IMG/VR virus record: IMGVR_UViG_3300029705_000041 | Reading direction: 5' to 3' (one strand) | Length of the DNA: 64,000 nt | Source: a virus | Taxonomy: Duplodnaviria > Caudoviricetes | Translations under genes and position numbers: made by a program | Notes under the pieces: generated by a model | The model's input: only the letters and a program-made list of their open reading frames with translations | Databases searched by the model: none | Told to the model about the DNA's origin: nothing | Shown: in pieces, positions 1 to 7,716 of the stretch | Layout: the number at the start of each line of letters is the position of its first letter | Numbering within the stretch: the first letter of the stretch is position 1

Positions 1-1
1 T

Positions 2-292
2 AATGATTTGTTATCAACCATATTTTTATCTATTTTCTGTGGCGTATTAATGTATTTAGCCGTTGAGAATTATAAAACTAACAAAAATGAATTTGCTAAA
101 ATTGTAGGCTTATTTTTAAATGTAGTGGTATTTATTATATGTGGTTTTGAACACAGTATTGCAAATATGTGTTATTGTATTTTTTCTGTGAATAGCTACA
201 ATATGATGATACATTCTCTAATATTCATCTTAATCGTATCTTTTGCAAATAGTGTTGGCGCAATTCTATGTCGCAATCTTACAAAAAACTAA
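2..292 (+). CDS. Formate/nitrite transporter (FNT) family protein, C-terminal part (5' end outside window)
   Basis: Hydrophobic helices plus FNT signature FIICGFEHSIANM; frame is open to the window edge. Confidence 0.8.
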   Translation, partial: NDLLSTIFLSIFCGVLMYLAVENYKTNKNEFAKIVGLFLNVVVFIICGFEHSIANMCYCIFSVNSYNMMIHSLIFILIVSFANSVGAILCRNLTKN

Positions 293-310
293 TGTAAAAG
301 AGGTAATAAG

Positions 311-454
311 ATGGTTAATGGAAAAAAAGTATCAACGTGCGAAAAAAAATTTACAGTAAAAAACATACACCCTACATTTGCCACAGAACAAGAAAAAAAT
401 AAACAAGAAAAAAATATAAAAATTCAATTATATGACATATTTAAAAAATATTAA
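311..454 (+). CDS. 47-aa basic protein, candidate recombination directionality factor (not in ORF track)
   Basis: AGAGGT RBS, ATG311..TAA454, MVNGKKVSTCEKKFTVKNIHPTF...QLYDIFKKY; directly upstream of the serine integrase. Confidence 0.55.
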   Translation: MVNGKKVSTCEKKFTVKNIHPTFATEQEKNKQEKNIKIQLYDIFKKY

Positions 455-483
455 TAAATAAGACAGAAAAATTCGGTAAAGTA

Positions 484-512
484 TTGAAAAAAGAGGGTTG
501 CTGTGGTATAAT
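484..512 (+). promoter_or_regulatory. Sigma-A promoter of the integrase
   Basis: TTGAAA(484-489), 17 bp, TATAAT(507-512), with extended TG. Confidence 0.75.
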
Positions 513-517
513 AATAC

Positions 518-551
518 TATTAGCGACCTTCTTTCTATTTTAGAAAGGAGG
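518..551 (+). promoter_or_regulatory. 5' UTR hairpin sequestering the integrase Shine-Dalgarno sequence, with an unpaired 5' toehold
   Basis: CCTTCTTTCTA(527-537) pairs with TAGAAAGGAGG(541-551): 11 bp including one G-U. Confidence 0.7.
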
Positions 552-557
552 AACACA

Positions 558-2063
558 ATGGATGCAATATATGGTAGACAGTCTATAGACAAGAAAGACA
601 GTATTAGTATTGAATCGCAAATTGAATTTTGTAAATATGAAACAAGAGGGAGGGAATACCGAGTCTACACGGATAAGGGCTATAGTGGTAAAAACACGGA
701 TAGACCTCAATTCCAAGAGTTATTGCAAGACATTAAAAATGGTGAAATTCATAGAGTAATTGTTTACAAATTAGACCGTATAAGCCGTTCAATATTAGAC
801 TTTGCAAGTATGATGCAAATATTTGAGCAGTACGGAGTCGAGTTTGTTTCGTCCACCGAAAAATTTGATACCTCAACTCCAATGGGTAGAGCAATGTTAA
901 ATATATGTGTGGTATTCGCACAGTTGGAAAGAGAAACAATCCAAAAGCGTGTTCTTGACTCTTATAATGCACGAAAGAAAAAAGGTTTTTATATGGGCGG
1001 CAAAATTCCATATGGTTTTTCAAAAGAAAAAATTGTAATCAATGGCATTAGAACATCTAAGTATATAATCAATCCGGAAGAAATGGAACAGGTAATTACT
1101 ATATATGAAATGTATTCTAATCCAACAACTTCTATGAGAGATATAATTGGTTATTTTAATGAAAATGGAATAAAGCAACTACGTGGCGGAAAATGGAGAG
1201 CTACAAATTTATTATCTCTTGTTAAAAACCCAATATATGTTCAAGCTGATTTAGATATATACGAATTTTTCAAAAGTCAAGGTGTTGAAATTATTAATCC
1301 ACCTTCAGAGTTCATTGGAACAAATGGCTGTTATCTATATAAAGGTGAAAATGCCGAAGCGGATAAATCTGTTAGATTAGAAGGACATACATTAGTATTA
1401 GCTCCGCATGGCGGCACAATACCATCTGAAACATGGTTAAAGGTTCGGAGAAAATGTTTGAATGACAATAAAATATTGAAACCAAACAAAGCTAAAAACA
1501 CATGGCTATCCGGAAAGCTGAAATGCAAAAAATGTGGATATGCGATACTATCAAGAGGTTCTACTAAAGGAGAAAAGTTTAGATACTTGTTCTGCCAATT
1601 CAGCAAAAATGATAATGGTTGTGAAGGCATACATTGTATGAAAACAAGCGACATGGAAGATGCAATTCTCAATGAGATAAAAGAAAAGTTGAGTAATTTT
1701 AAAACTCTTTCAAGAGAACAAAGTGCAGCCATTAATCCTAAAATCAATGAATTAAGAATCAAAGAAAAAGACATTGATAATGAAATAGAATCATTGATGG
1801 AAAAGCTGGTAGATGCAAATGACACTTTATTAAAATATATTAATAAAAGAATTGTGGAACTGGACAATGCGAAAAAACAAATTCTATCTGACTTAAATAC
1901 TCTAACACTATCACAGAACAATATAACAAATAGCAAAACCATTGTAGACCATGTTGACAAATGGGATAAACTTTCTTTTGACGATAAAAGAAGCGTAGTG
2001 GATGCTTTGATAGATAAGATAATGGTTAGTGATGAAAGTGTGGAGATAAATTGGAAGATATAG
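558..2063 (+). CDS. Large serine recombinase (phage integrase)
   Basis: AIYGRQS catalytic Ser, D.GYSGKNTDRP, VYKLDRISRS, recombinase domain, CxxC zinc ribbon, coiled coil; start ATG558 follows AGGAGG. Confidence 0.95.
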   Translation: MDAIYGRQSIDKKDSISIESQIEFCKYETRGREYRVYTDKGYSGKNTDRPQFQELLQDIKNGEIHRVIVYKLDRISRSILDFASMMQIFEQYGVEFVSSTEKFDTSTPMGRAMLNICVVFAQLERETIQKRVLDSYNARKKKGFYMGGKIPYGFSKEKIVINGIRTSKYIINPEEMEQVITIYEMYSNPTTSMRDIIGYFNENGIKQLRGGKWRATNLLSLVKNPIYVQADLDIYEFFKSQGVEIINPPSEFIGTNGCYLYKGENAEADKSVRLEGHTLVLAPHGGTIPSETWLKVRRKCLNDNKILKPNKAKNTWLSGKLKCKKCGYAILSRGSTKGEKFRYLFCQFSKNDNGCEGIHCMKTSDMEDAILNEIKEKLSNFKTLSREQSAAINPKINELRIKEKDIDNEIESLMEKLVDANDTLLKYINKRIVELDNAKKQILSDLNTLTLSQNNITNSKTIVDHVDKWDKLSFDDKRSVVDALIDKIMVSDESVEINWKI

Positions 2064-2064
2064 T

Positions 2065-2114
2065 TTGTGGCACATTGACTACATCGTTCAATCATTATAG
2101 TCAATGTACCATAA
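2065..2114. other. Candidate attP site of the serine integrase
   Basis: 17-bp imperfect inverted repeat (TTGTGGCACATTGACTA / TAGTCAATGTACCATAA, 15/17) around a 16-bp spacer; 50 bp in total, immediately after the integrase stop. Confidence 0.7.
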
Positions 2115-2116
2115 GC

Positions 2117-2134
2117 GAAAGAAGGTCGCTAATA
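2117..2134 (+). promoter_or_regulatory. 18-nt element perfectly complementary to integrase 5' UTR 518-535
   Basis: GAAAGAAGGTCGCTAATA is the reverse complement of TATTAGCGACCTTCTTTC. Confidence 0.65.
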
Positions 2135-2214
2135 AGCCATTTGGCAAGGCTTTTATATACTTATTTTAATTTATAAATTGACTATTTTGTAGCTTAAAAT
2201 AAATATATAAACGC

Positions 2215-2259
2215 AAAAAATTAAGGTTATAAGCTTTTAAACTTATAACCTCATTTTTT
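2215..2259. terminator. Bidirectional intrinsic terminator between convergent integrase and lysis genes
   Basis: AGGTTATAAG / CTTATAACCT stem flanked by A-run and T-run. Confidence 0.65.
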
Positions 2260-2287
2260 ATATTAACAACAATAACGAACAATATAA

Positions 2288-2740
2288 TTACTTATTTTTT
2301 TCTTTAAATTTTAAAATTGTATGTCCAAACAATTTATAGTAAGGAACCGGCAGAATTTCAAACACATAATAATTAATTGCATCAGCAATGAATATTCCTA
2401 ATATAGAAATAATTATCCAAATTAAACTAAACGGCAAGCATATAATTCCATTAAAATTTAAAGGGACATTTGTATAATCCCACATTAATTCAAAATTATA
2501 AACTAAACATATACTTCCGATAATTAATTCAAATAATGTTGCAATAATAGAACCAATACATCCTTGTAAAAGAATATCTGTATTCCAGGAAATTTTTTCA
2601 TTAATGCAGTCTATCATTAATAAAATAATTCCGCCACATAATCCCATAAGAGGATAAGAATAGCCTCTATAACAAACTTCAATAGTGATATAAATACAAA
2701 AACCAACAATAAATAATACTAATTGTCTTAAATATTTCAT
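2288..2740 (-). CDS. Membrane protein, putative ABC-transporter type IV/DUF1113-like
   Basis: About four TM helices; WDYTNVPLNFNGIICLPFSLIW motif. Confidence 0.7.
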   Translation of the reverse strand: MKYLRQLVLFIVGFCIYITIEVCYRGYSYPLMGLCGGIILLMIDCINEKISWNTDILLQGCIGSIIATLFELIIGSICLVYNFELMWDYTNVPLNFNGIICLPFSLIWIIISILGIFIADAINYYVFEILPVPYYKLFGHTILKFKEKNK

Positions 2741-2746
2741 TTGATA

Positions 2747-3745
2747 TTACTTTCCTTGTTTATGTAACCTATATAAAAATACGATTACCTCTTGTCTTGT
2801 ACAATTATTATGTAATTTATAGTTTCCTGTATTATCACCATTTAAAATGCCTGTTGAGAGCGAATTATTAATAGCCTCTTTAGCCCATTCATCAGGAGTA
2901 TTATCTAATACCGGTACAACATCAGGAATCGTTTCTGAAGGTGTTTCAGGCTGTATAATAGGTATTTCTGGTTGTGGTGCTACAATTTCCTGTGCAGTAA
3001 CATAATTACCTGAAATATATCCAATACCAATATTAGGATAATTAACTTTATACCATCCATTATTTGTTTTTGCACAAATAACCACAACATCATTTCTTGC
3101 GTGTTGTCCGATACGTTCTGAACTTGTTGTTGGTTGTTTTCTTATATTTAATACACTTGCAGTAATAGTACCAGTTAAATTAACTGCTTCTTCTGTCCAT
3201 TCAAAAGGTTTTTCTACTAAACTATAATTTGGTCTGCCATAACCGGCAATTCTATTATAATTTAATTTATAAGATTTTTTTCTTACACAACCACCATTAG
3301 CAACAACTCCGCTTGATGAAGAAGTGTTTCCTTCAATAGTATATACATAAGTATTATCTACAGCATAAACAAGACCAGTATGACAAATTCCGCCACCACT
3401 ATTAGTAAAAAAGATTTGGTCTCCAACTTTCGGGGATTTGTACCATTCTCCATTATTTTTGAAATATCCAGAAGAATTGACTGTATAATCGTCAAATCTG
3501 TGAAGAATTTTTGTAGCCATTTCTGCTCCGAAAGCTTGCACAAAACACCAATCTACAAAGCAATCGCACCATGCAGCAGGATAATCCATTGTTGCAGGAT
3601 AAAGCTGATGCATCTCATAACCATATTTAGTATAATTAGCACTGCCAGCATTTGCAGTTTTATCATATAAAGATTTGGCGCTTGCTTTTTCAAGATAGCC
3701 GACTTCATTGCTTGCAATTGTTAAAAGTTTTTCTATTGCACTCAT
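2747..3745 (-). CDS. Endolysin: CHAP amidase + SH3b + C-terminal SLH-like domain
   Basis: AWCDCFV (Cys), HTGLV (His), TIEGNT; SH3b LNIR..P/GWYKV/GYIS; C-terminal WAKEAI...GILNG...TRQE. Confidence 0.9.
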   Translation of the reverse strand: MSAIEKLLTIASNEVGYLEKASAKSLYDKTANAGSANYTKYGYEMHQLYPATMDYPAAWCDCFVDWCFVQAFGAEMATKILHRFDDYTVNSSGYFKNNGEWYKSPKVGDQIFFTNSGGGICHTGLVYAVDNTYVYTIEGNTSSSSGVVANGGCVRKKSYKLNYNRIAGYGRPNYSLVEKPFEWTEEAVNLTGTITASVLNIRKQPTTSSERIGQHARNDVVVICAKTNNGWYKVNYPNIGIGYISGNYVTAQEIVAPQPEIPIIQPETPSETIPDVVPVLDNTPDEWAKEAINNSLSTGILNGDNTGNYKLHNNCTRQEVIVFLYRLHKQGK

Positions 3746-3759
3746 ATATAGCTACCTCC

Positions 3760-4416
3760 TTATTTTAAATTACTATATCTATTAAGAAATACTAAAACTT
3801 CTTGTCTTGTGCAAACATCATGAAGCTTTAAATTTCCTGTATCGTCACCTTTTAAAATACCGTTATTTTTCGCCCATTCAACCGCTTCTGTAGCCCAAGT
3901 ATCAGGTGTGTTATCTAATGTTATGTTACTCATAATAGTTTCCTCCTTAATAATGTCGAATTGGTTTAAATTATATGTTTCAATTAAATTGATTAATTTG
4001 TCTGCATATGTAGGGTCTGTTGCGTACCCTGCTGCATGAATAGCTTTACAAGCCTTTTTATAATCAGTTTCTCCAATAACATTTTTATATCTTGATAATC
4101 CGCAAAGTAATGCACTATGGTCATTAATGCTTTCTTCCCAACTGTCATAAGCTCTAAAAGAAGCATCAATTGTTACGAATGTAGAACCATCATAACATTC
4201 TTTGGTTTTTGCATTATAAACTTTGCCTTTCCAAGAAGTACCAGCTTTAATTCCAAACAAAGCTTTGCCAACAGTAGATAAAGAACTTTTTCCCCAACCA
4301 CTTTCTAATATCGCTTGTGCGATAGTTAAACTTGCCAAAACTCTAGTTTTCTTCATATCCTTTTGTGCTAATGTGCCAATTTGATTAATAAATTCCATTT
4401 GTGAATTACTAGCCAT
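3760..4416 (-). CDS. Endolysin: GH73 glucosaminidase + SLH-like domain
   Basis: IAQAILESGWG, LFGIKA, FRAYDSWEES, GYATDPTY motifs. Confidence 0.92.
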   Translation of the reverse strand: MASNSQMEFINQIGTLAQKDMKKTRVLASLTIAQAILESGWGKSSLSTVGKALFGIKAGTSWKGKVYNAKTKECYDGSTFVTIDASFRAYDSWEESINDHSALLCGLSRYKNVIGETDYKKACKAIHAAGYATDPTYADKLINLIETYNLNQFDIIKEETIMSNITLDNTPDTWATEAVEWAKNNGILKGDDTGNLKLHDVCTRQEVLVFLNRYSNLK

Positions 4417-4443
4417 AGTATCACCGTCCTATCTTGTATAACA

Positions 4444-4473
4444 AAAAAGCCAGCCACACAAAAAGTGTGACTG
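4444..4473 (-). terminator. Intrinsic terminator
   Basis: Minus-strand CAGTCACAC-TTTTT-GTGTGGCTG followed by a T-run. Confidence 0.6.
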
Positions 4474-4495
4474 ACCGTATAATGATTTATTATTC

Positions 4496-5233
4496 TTAAT
4501 TTTCAGAATTCAATAATGTAACCAATACCTCTGATTGATATTTTTCGGGTATTTCACAACCATATACAATAGCACTAATAGTATTAATACTTCTCAAAGA
4601 TGAAATATATAATTTCAATGAATTGTAGTATGTTGTATGATATGCAATGTGATTCTTTGCCTCTGTTATAATAATTAAAATATCTTCTACCGAATAGTAT
4701 TTACATGGCTCATTGTCTGCATGATATGGAATAGAAGTTTCTCCAGCAGAAACCATAGCTGAAAGTGTAGTTAAATTCAACTGGTCTTGTGTTGTAAGTG
4801 AAAAATGATAAGTCTCTCCATCAGATAAAACAACATCAATTCCATTCTCTATGGTTGACCTACAAGTGCTTTTCATTTCTTTTATTTTAGCATCTTTAAT
4901 AAATGCTACTGTCATTTCTTCCGGAACTTCTTCTGTTGTGTTGTCAATAGGTTCTTCCGCTTCAATTTCTATTTTTTCGTTTGTTTCAAAAGCTGCTACA
5001 AGAGCATTATATTCTTCTTCGTCAATAGAAACTATGTCGGCGGCAACAAATTCAGTTGGGGCAGCAAATTGTAACATCCAATCCGCACGATAAATAACTC
5101 CATTGCATATAATAGCTTCGGCAGAGGATTCGGATGCAAGCAAATACATCTTATGTAATAATTGATAACGAATTAAATCATCAGATGTTGCAACACCCAA
5201 AATAGTATTATCATTTACTATTTTATAATACAT
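4496..5233 (-). CDS. Phage tail-associated protein (DUF4376-like C-terminus)
   Basis: KIKEMK..C...IENGIDV...HFSLT..DQLNL...YHAD...C..YS pattern typical of phage tail accessory proteins. Confidence 0.6.
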   Translation of the reverse strand: MYYKIVNDNTILGVATSDDLIRYQLLHKMYLLASESSAEAIICNGVIYRADWMLQFAAPTEFVAADIVSIDEEEYNALVAAFETNEKIEIEAEEPIDNTTEEVPEEMTVAFIKDAKIKEMKSTCRSTIENGIDVVLSDGETYHFSLTTQDQLNLTTLSAMVSAGETSIPYHADNEPCKYYSVEDILIIITEAKNHIAYHTTYYNSLKLYISSLRSINTISAIVYGCEIPEKYQSEVLVTLLNSEN

Positions 5234-6461
5234 TAATCAAACCTCCTCGCATATTAACTAATCTATATCCCATTAGTCTGTTTATATATTTACACATACT
5301 TTGTAATGTTTTTCTGTGTTTTACATATTTAAGGTGTGATAACCAAGATTGAAAAGAAGCATACATTTCTTCAATGGTGCGAACTCCATTTTTTATAAAG
5401 TTTATAAATTTCTTAATTTTTCTTCTCATTCTCACAATTCCTTTTCGTACAGGTCTGCGTATGATATTTCCATCTTTTGTGATGTTATATTTTGTTTTTA
5501 AGAATTTAAAACCACGTGAAGCCTTGACAATGTGTGTTTTCTTTGTATTAAACTTTAAGCCGAGTTTTTCAACAATTTCACACATACCAGCATATAGTTC
5601 TTTTAGAAACTCCTTATCATCTGATATAATAACACCATCATCCATATATCTTATATAGTGTTTTACACTCATTTTGTCTTTTATGTAATGGTCAAGGTCA
5701 TTAGGAACTATCAAAGCCATCATTTGAGAAATTTGACTTCCGAGACAAATTCCGACATCTTCTCCGTTTTTATAATAAGACTTAATTATCTTCATTATAA
5801 TATCATTTAAGCCATTGTTAGATATATACTTATCCAACACATATCTACAAGAAGAATGAGGAATACTATCAAAGAATGATTTAAAATCAAATGTTAGTAT
5901 ATAAAAATCTGTACCATATTCCCGAATTGCAGATTTTAAATGCGAATACATTCTTCTCCTTGCAAAATCAATTCCCTTATCCTTGGTACTTGCACCATTA
6001 TCATAAATTAAATTGTCTTTTGCCGAAGGAACTATTGCATTATCACATAAAACACGTTGTATAATTCTATCTTCGATTGTTATCGGAACGATAATCCTTT
6101 CTTTTCCTCTTTCATATAAAGATATTCTACTCGTATTTACAAGTTTAGGTAATTCTCCGTTTTCAATAACCTTAACTGTTGTGTACATATTTTGAATGGC
6201 ATATCTATTATATTTTTGAACGCTTCCTTTCCACATTACACTCTTATTACATTTATTTAATGCATCAACGAAATTTTGCATTTTAAAAATATTGTCAACA
6301 TTATATTTTTCAGCCTTTAGCTTTCGTTTCTCTAATTTTTTTGCTTTATCTCTGGCTATTCGAGCCTGTATTCTTTCTCTGTTATTTATGGTAATATCCA
6401 CCTCTGTTGTATATAAGTTAAATATAATATTCTCCGAATGGTTTATTTTATATATAGTCAT
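5223..6461 (-). CDS. DGR reverse transcriptase
   Basis: GKER.I, DRIIQR, DFKSFFDSIPH, GICLGSQISQ, YIRYMDD; adjacent TR and Avd; no maturase or endonuclease domain; start may be ATA at 6389. Confidence 0.95.
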   Translation of the reverse strand: MTIYKINHSENIIFNLYTTEVDITINNRERIQARIARDKAKKLEKRKLKAEKYNVDNIFKMQNFVDALNKCNKSVMWKGSVQKYNRYAIQNMYTTVKVIENGELPKLVNTSRISLYERGKERIIVPITIEDRIIQRVLCDNAIVPSAKDNLIYDNGASTKDKGIDFARRRMYSHLKSAIREYGTDFYILTFDFKSFFDSIPHSSCRYVLDKYISNNGLNDIIMKIIKSYYKNGEDVGICLGSQISQMMALIVPNDLDHYIKDKMSVKHYIRYMDDGVIISDDKEFLKELYAGMCEIVEKLGLKFNTKKTHIVKASRGFKFLKTKYNITKDGNIIRRPVRKGIVRMRRKIKKFINFIKNGVRTIEEMYASFQSWLSHLKYVKHRKTLQSMCKYINRLMGYRLVNMRGGLINVL

Positions 6462-6479
6462 TCAACCATGTGATTATGG

Positions 6480-6677
6480 GTATGAAAATTAAACTGACTA
6501 TCAAGTTTAATCCATGCAAGTAGCTTCAACCCAGCTTCATCGGACTGCTATTATAGCAGGACAATCTTAAAGCAGAAAGTCGCAATATTTACCCTTTCGG
6601 GAAGGACAAACACTCCTTCAAGTGATGTTGTTGAATATTCATTTTTCACCCTCATTTTGTGGTTACTGTCATCAAAT
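6480..6677 (-). ncRNA. Structured DGR spacer RNA between TR and RT
   Basis: Hairpins GAAGGA..TCCTTC (6601-6619), CCC-GAAA-GGG (6592-6601), ATTAAACT..AGTTTAAT (6488-6511). Confidence 0.5.
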
Positions 6678-6804
6678 GAATCAGGGGCAAACGCCATTAG
6701 CATTGCTGGCGTTGTTGTTGTTGTTGTTACCTGTGTTGTTGACATTGTAGAAGTTAGTCGTGTTGGTAGCATTCGGAGAACGCTCCCACCAGTTGTACGC
6801 ACGA
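6678..6804 (-). repeat. DGR template repeat (TR)
   Basis: 127-nt AAC-rich copy of the VR; all substitutions versus the VR fall at TR adenines (minus strand). Confidence 0.95.
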
Positions 6805-6847
6805 CAACACGATGGAAAATCAGTATTTGCCCTATAAATTTATATTT

Positions 6848-7642
6848 TTATTTTAATTCTTTAAATCGTTTAGCATCGCTTTGTTGCAATGCACGTAATT
6901 TCTTTATTTCTTTTGTAAGCATATCAGACCATTCAATCATAATACGCTCACTATATTGCATAATATTGAAATATGTCAGCATCGGTCTATTTGCCTGTTC
7001 AAGCCTTTGTATAGCAGTAGATATACATTTTCTCCGCCTCATATATTCATCATGTGTTTCCGGTATTTTTCGATTTGCTTTTACAACTTGGTATAAGGCA
7101 TCATCCATTAAATTAATTAGCATGGCAGAAGAAGTATATTTCAAACTATTACTGCCATGCATAACCTTTGTATGTGTGTATCTATTTAACTTTACCATAT
7201 TACTCATAAACTCTGCCCGATTGATATAATCCCAATTTAATACCAAAAATGATTTATGAGGATGCTTTTTATCTTCCGGTAAAAGACCATTCAATAGTGC
7301 TTCTTCATTTTCTATCATATCCGCTATTCTCCTTATCTTTTTACTTTCAACTCCCTCAATAATTTGATATATCATTAATGGCTTTTCAAATTCAGATAAA
7401 GTATCTATCGCAGAAGATATTAAATCATATTTTTCATCAAGTTTACCTTTAAAATATCCGTAAGATATTTGTGAAATATTATCAAACATCTTATTCATAA
7501 CATCACATATAGGTTTTGCAATATATTCCTGTTTTCTTTTAGGAACTCTTTTCATACGAGTAGCAAGTTCCTTGTAAATTAAATTAAATGTATTATCATA
7601 TTCATATGATGATTGATTTCGTAAAGCCTTAACTACTGACAT
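6848..7642 (-). CDS. avd: DGR accessory protein with two tandem Avd-like domains
   Basis: Lies between VR and TR; MSVVKALR..S..E..PKR N-terminal unit and a second unit AEF...KANRKIP...RR..I..A...W..M...EIK.L.A...SD.KR; about twice normal Avd length. Confidence 0.75.
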   Translation of the reverse strand: MSVVKALRNQSSYEYDNTFNLIYKELATRMKRVPKRKQEYIAKPICDVMNKMFDNISQISYGYFKGKLDEKYDLISSAIDTLSEFEKPLMIYQIIEGVESKKIRRIADMIENEEALLNGLLPEDKKHPHKSFLVLNWDYINRAEFMSNMVKLNRYTHTKVMHGSNSLKYTSSAMLINLMDDALYQVVKANRKIPETHDEYMRRRKCISTAIQRLEQANRPMLTYFNIMQYSERIMIEWSDMLTKEIKKLRALQQSDAKRFKELK

Positions 7643-7673
7643 ATTTCCTCCTTTGAGTTCAGTTTAAGATATA

Positions 7674-7694
7674 AGGGCGGTGGCAAGCCGCCCT
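7674..7694. promoter_or_regulatory. GC-rich hairpin downstream of the VR/IMH (DGR homing element)
   Basis: AGGGCGG-TGGCAAG-CCGCCCT, ~22 nt after the target stop codon. Confidence 0.7.
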
Positions 7695-7716
7695 ATGATA
7701 AATAAGTATAAGTCGC

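Noticed and set aside
518-2134. The 18-bp inverted repeat as IS/transposon ends or an invertible segment
   Set aside because: No flanking target duplication and no DDE transposase; the left copy coincides with the predicted start site and anti-SD arm, which fits RNA pairing better (not formally excluded)
5223-6461. RT as a group II intron or retron
   Set aside because: No maturase/endonuclease domain or intron domain V; the TR/VR pair and Avd identify a DGR
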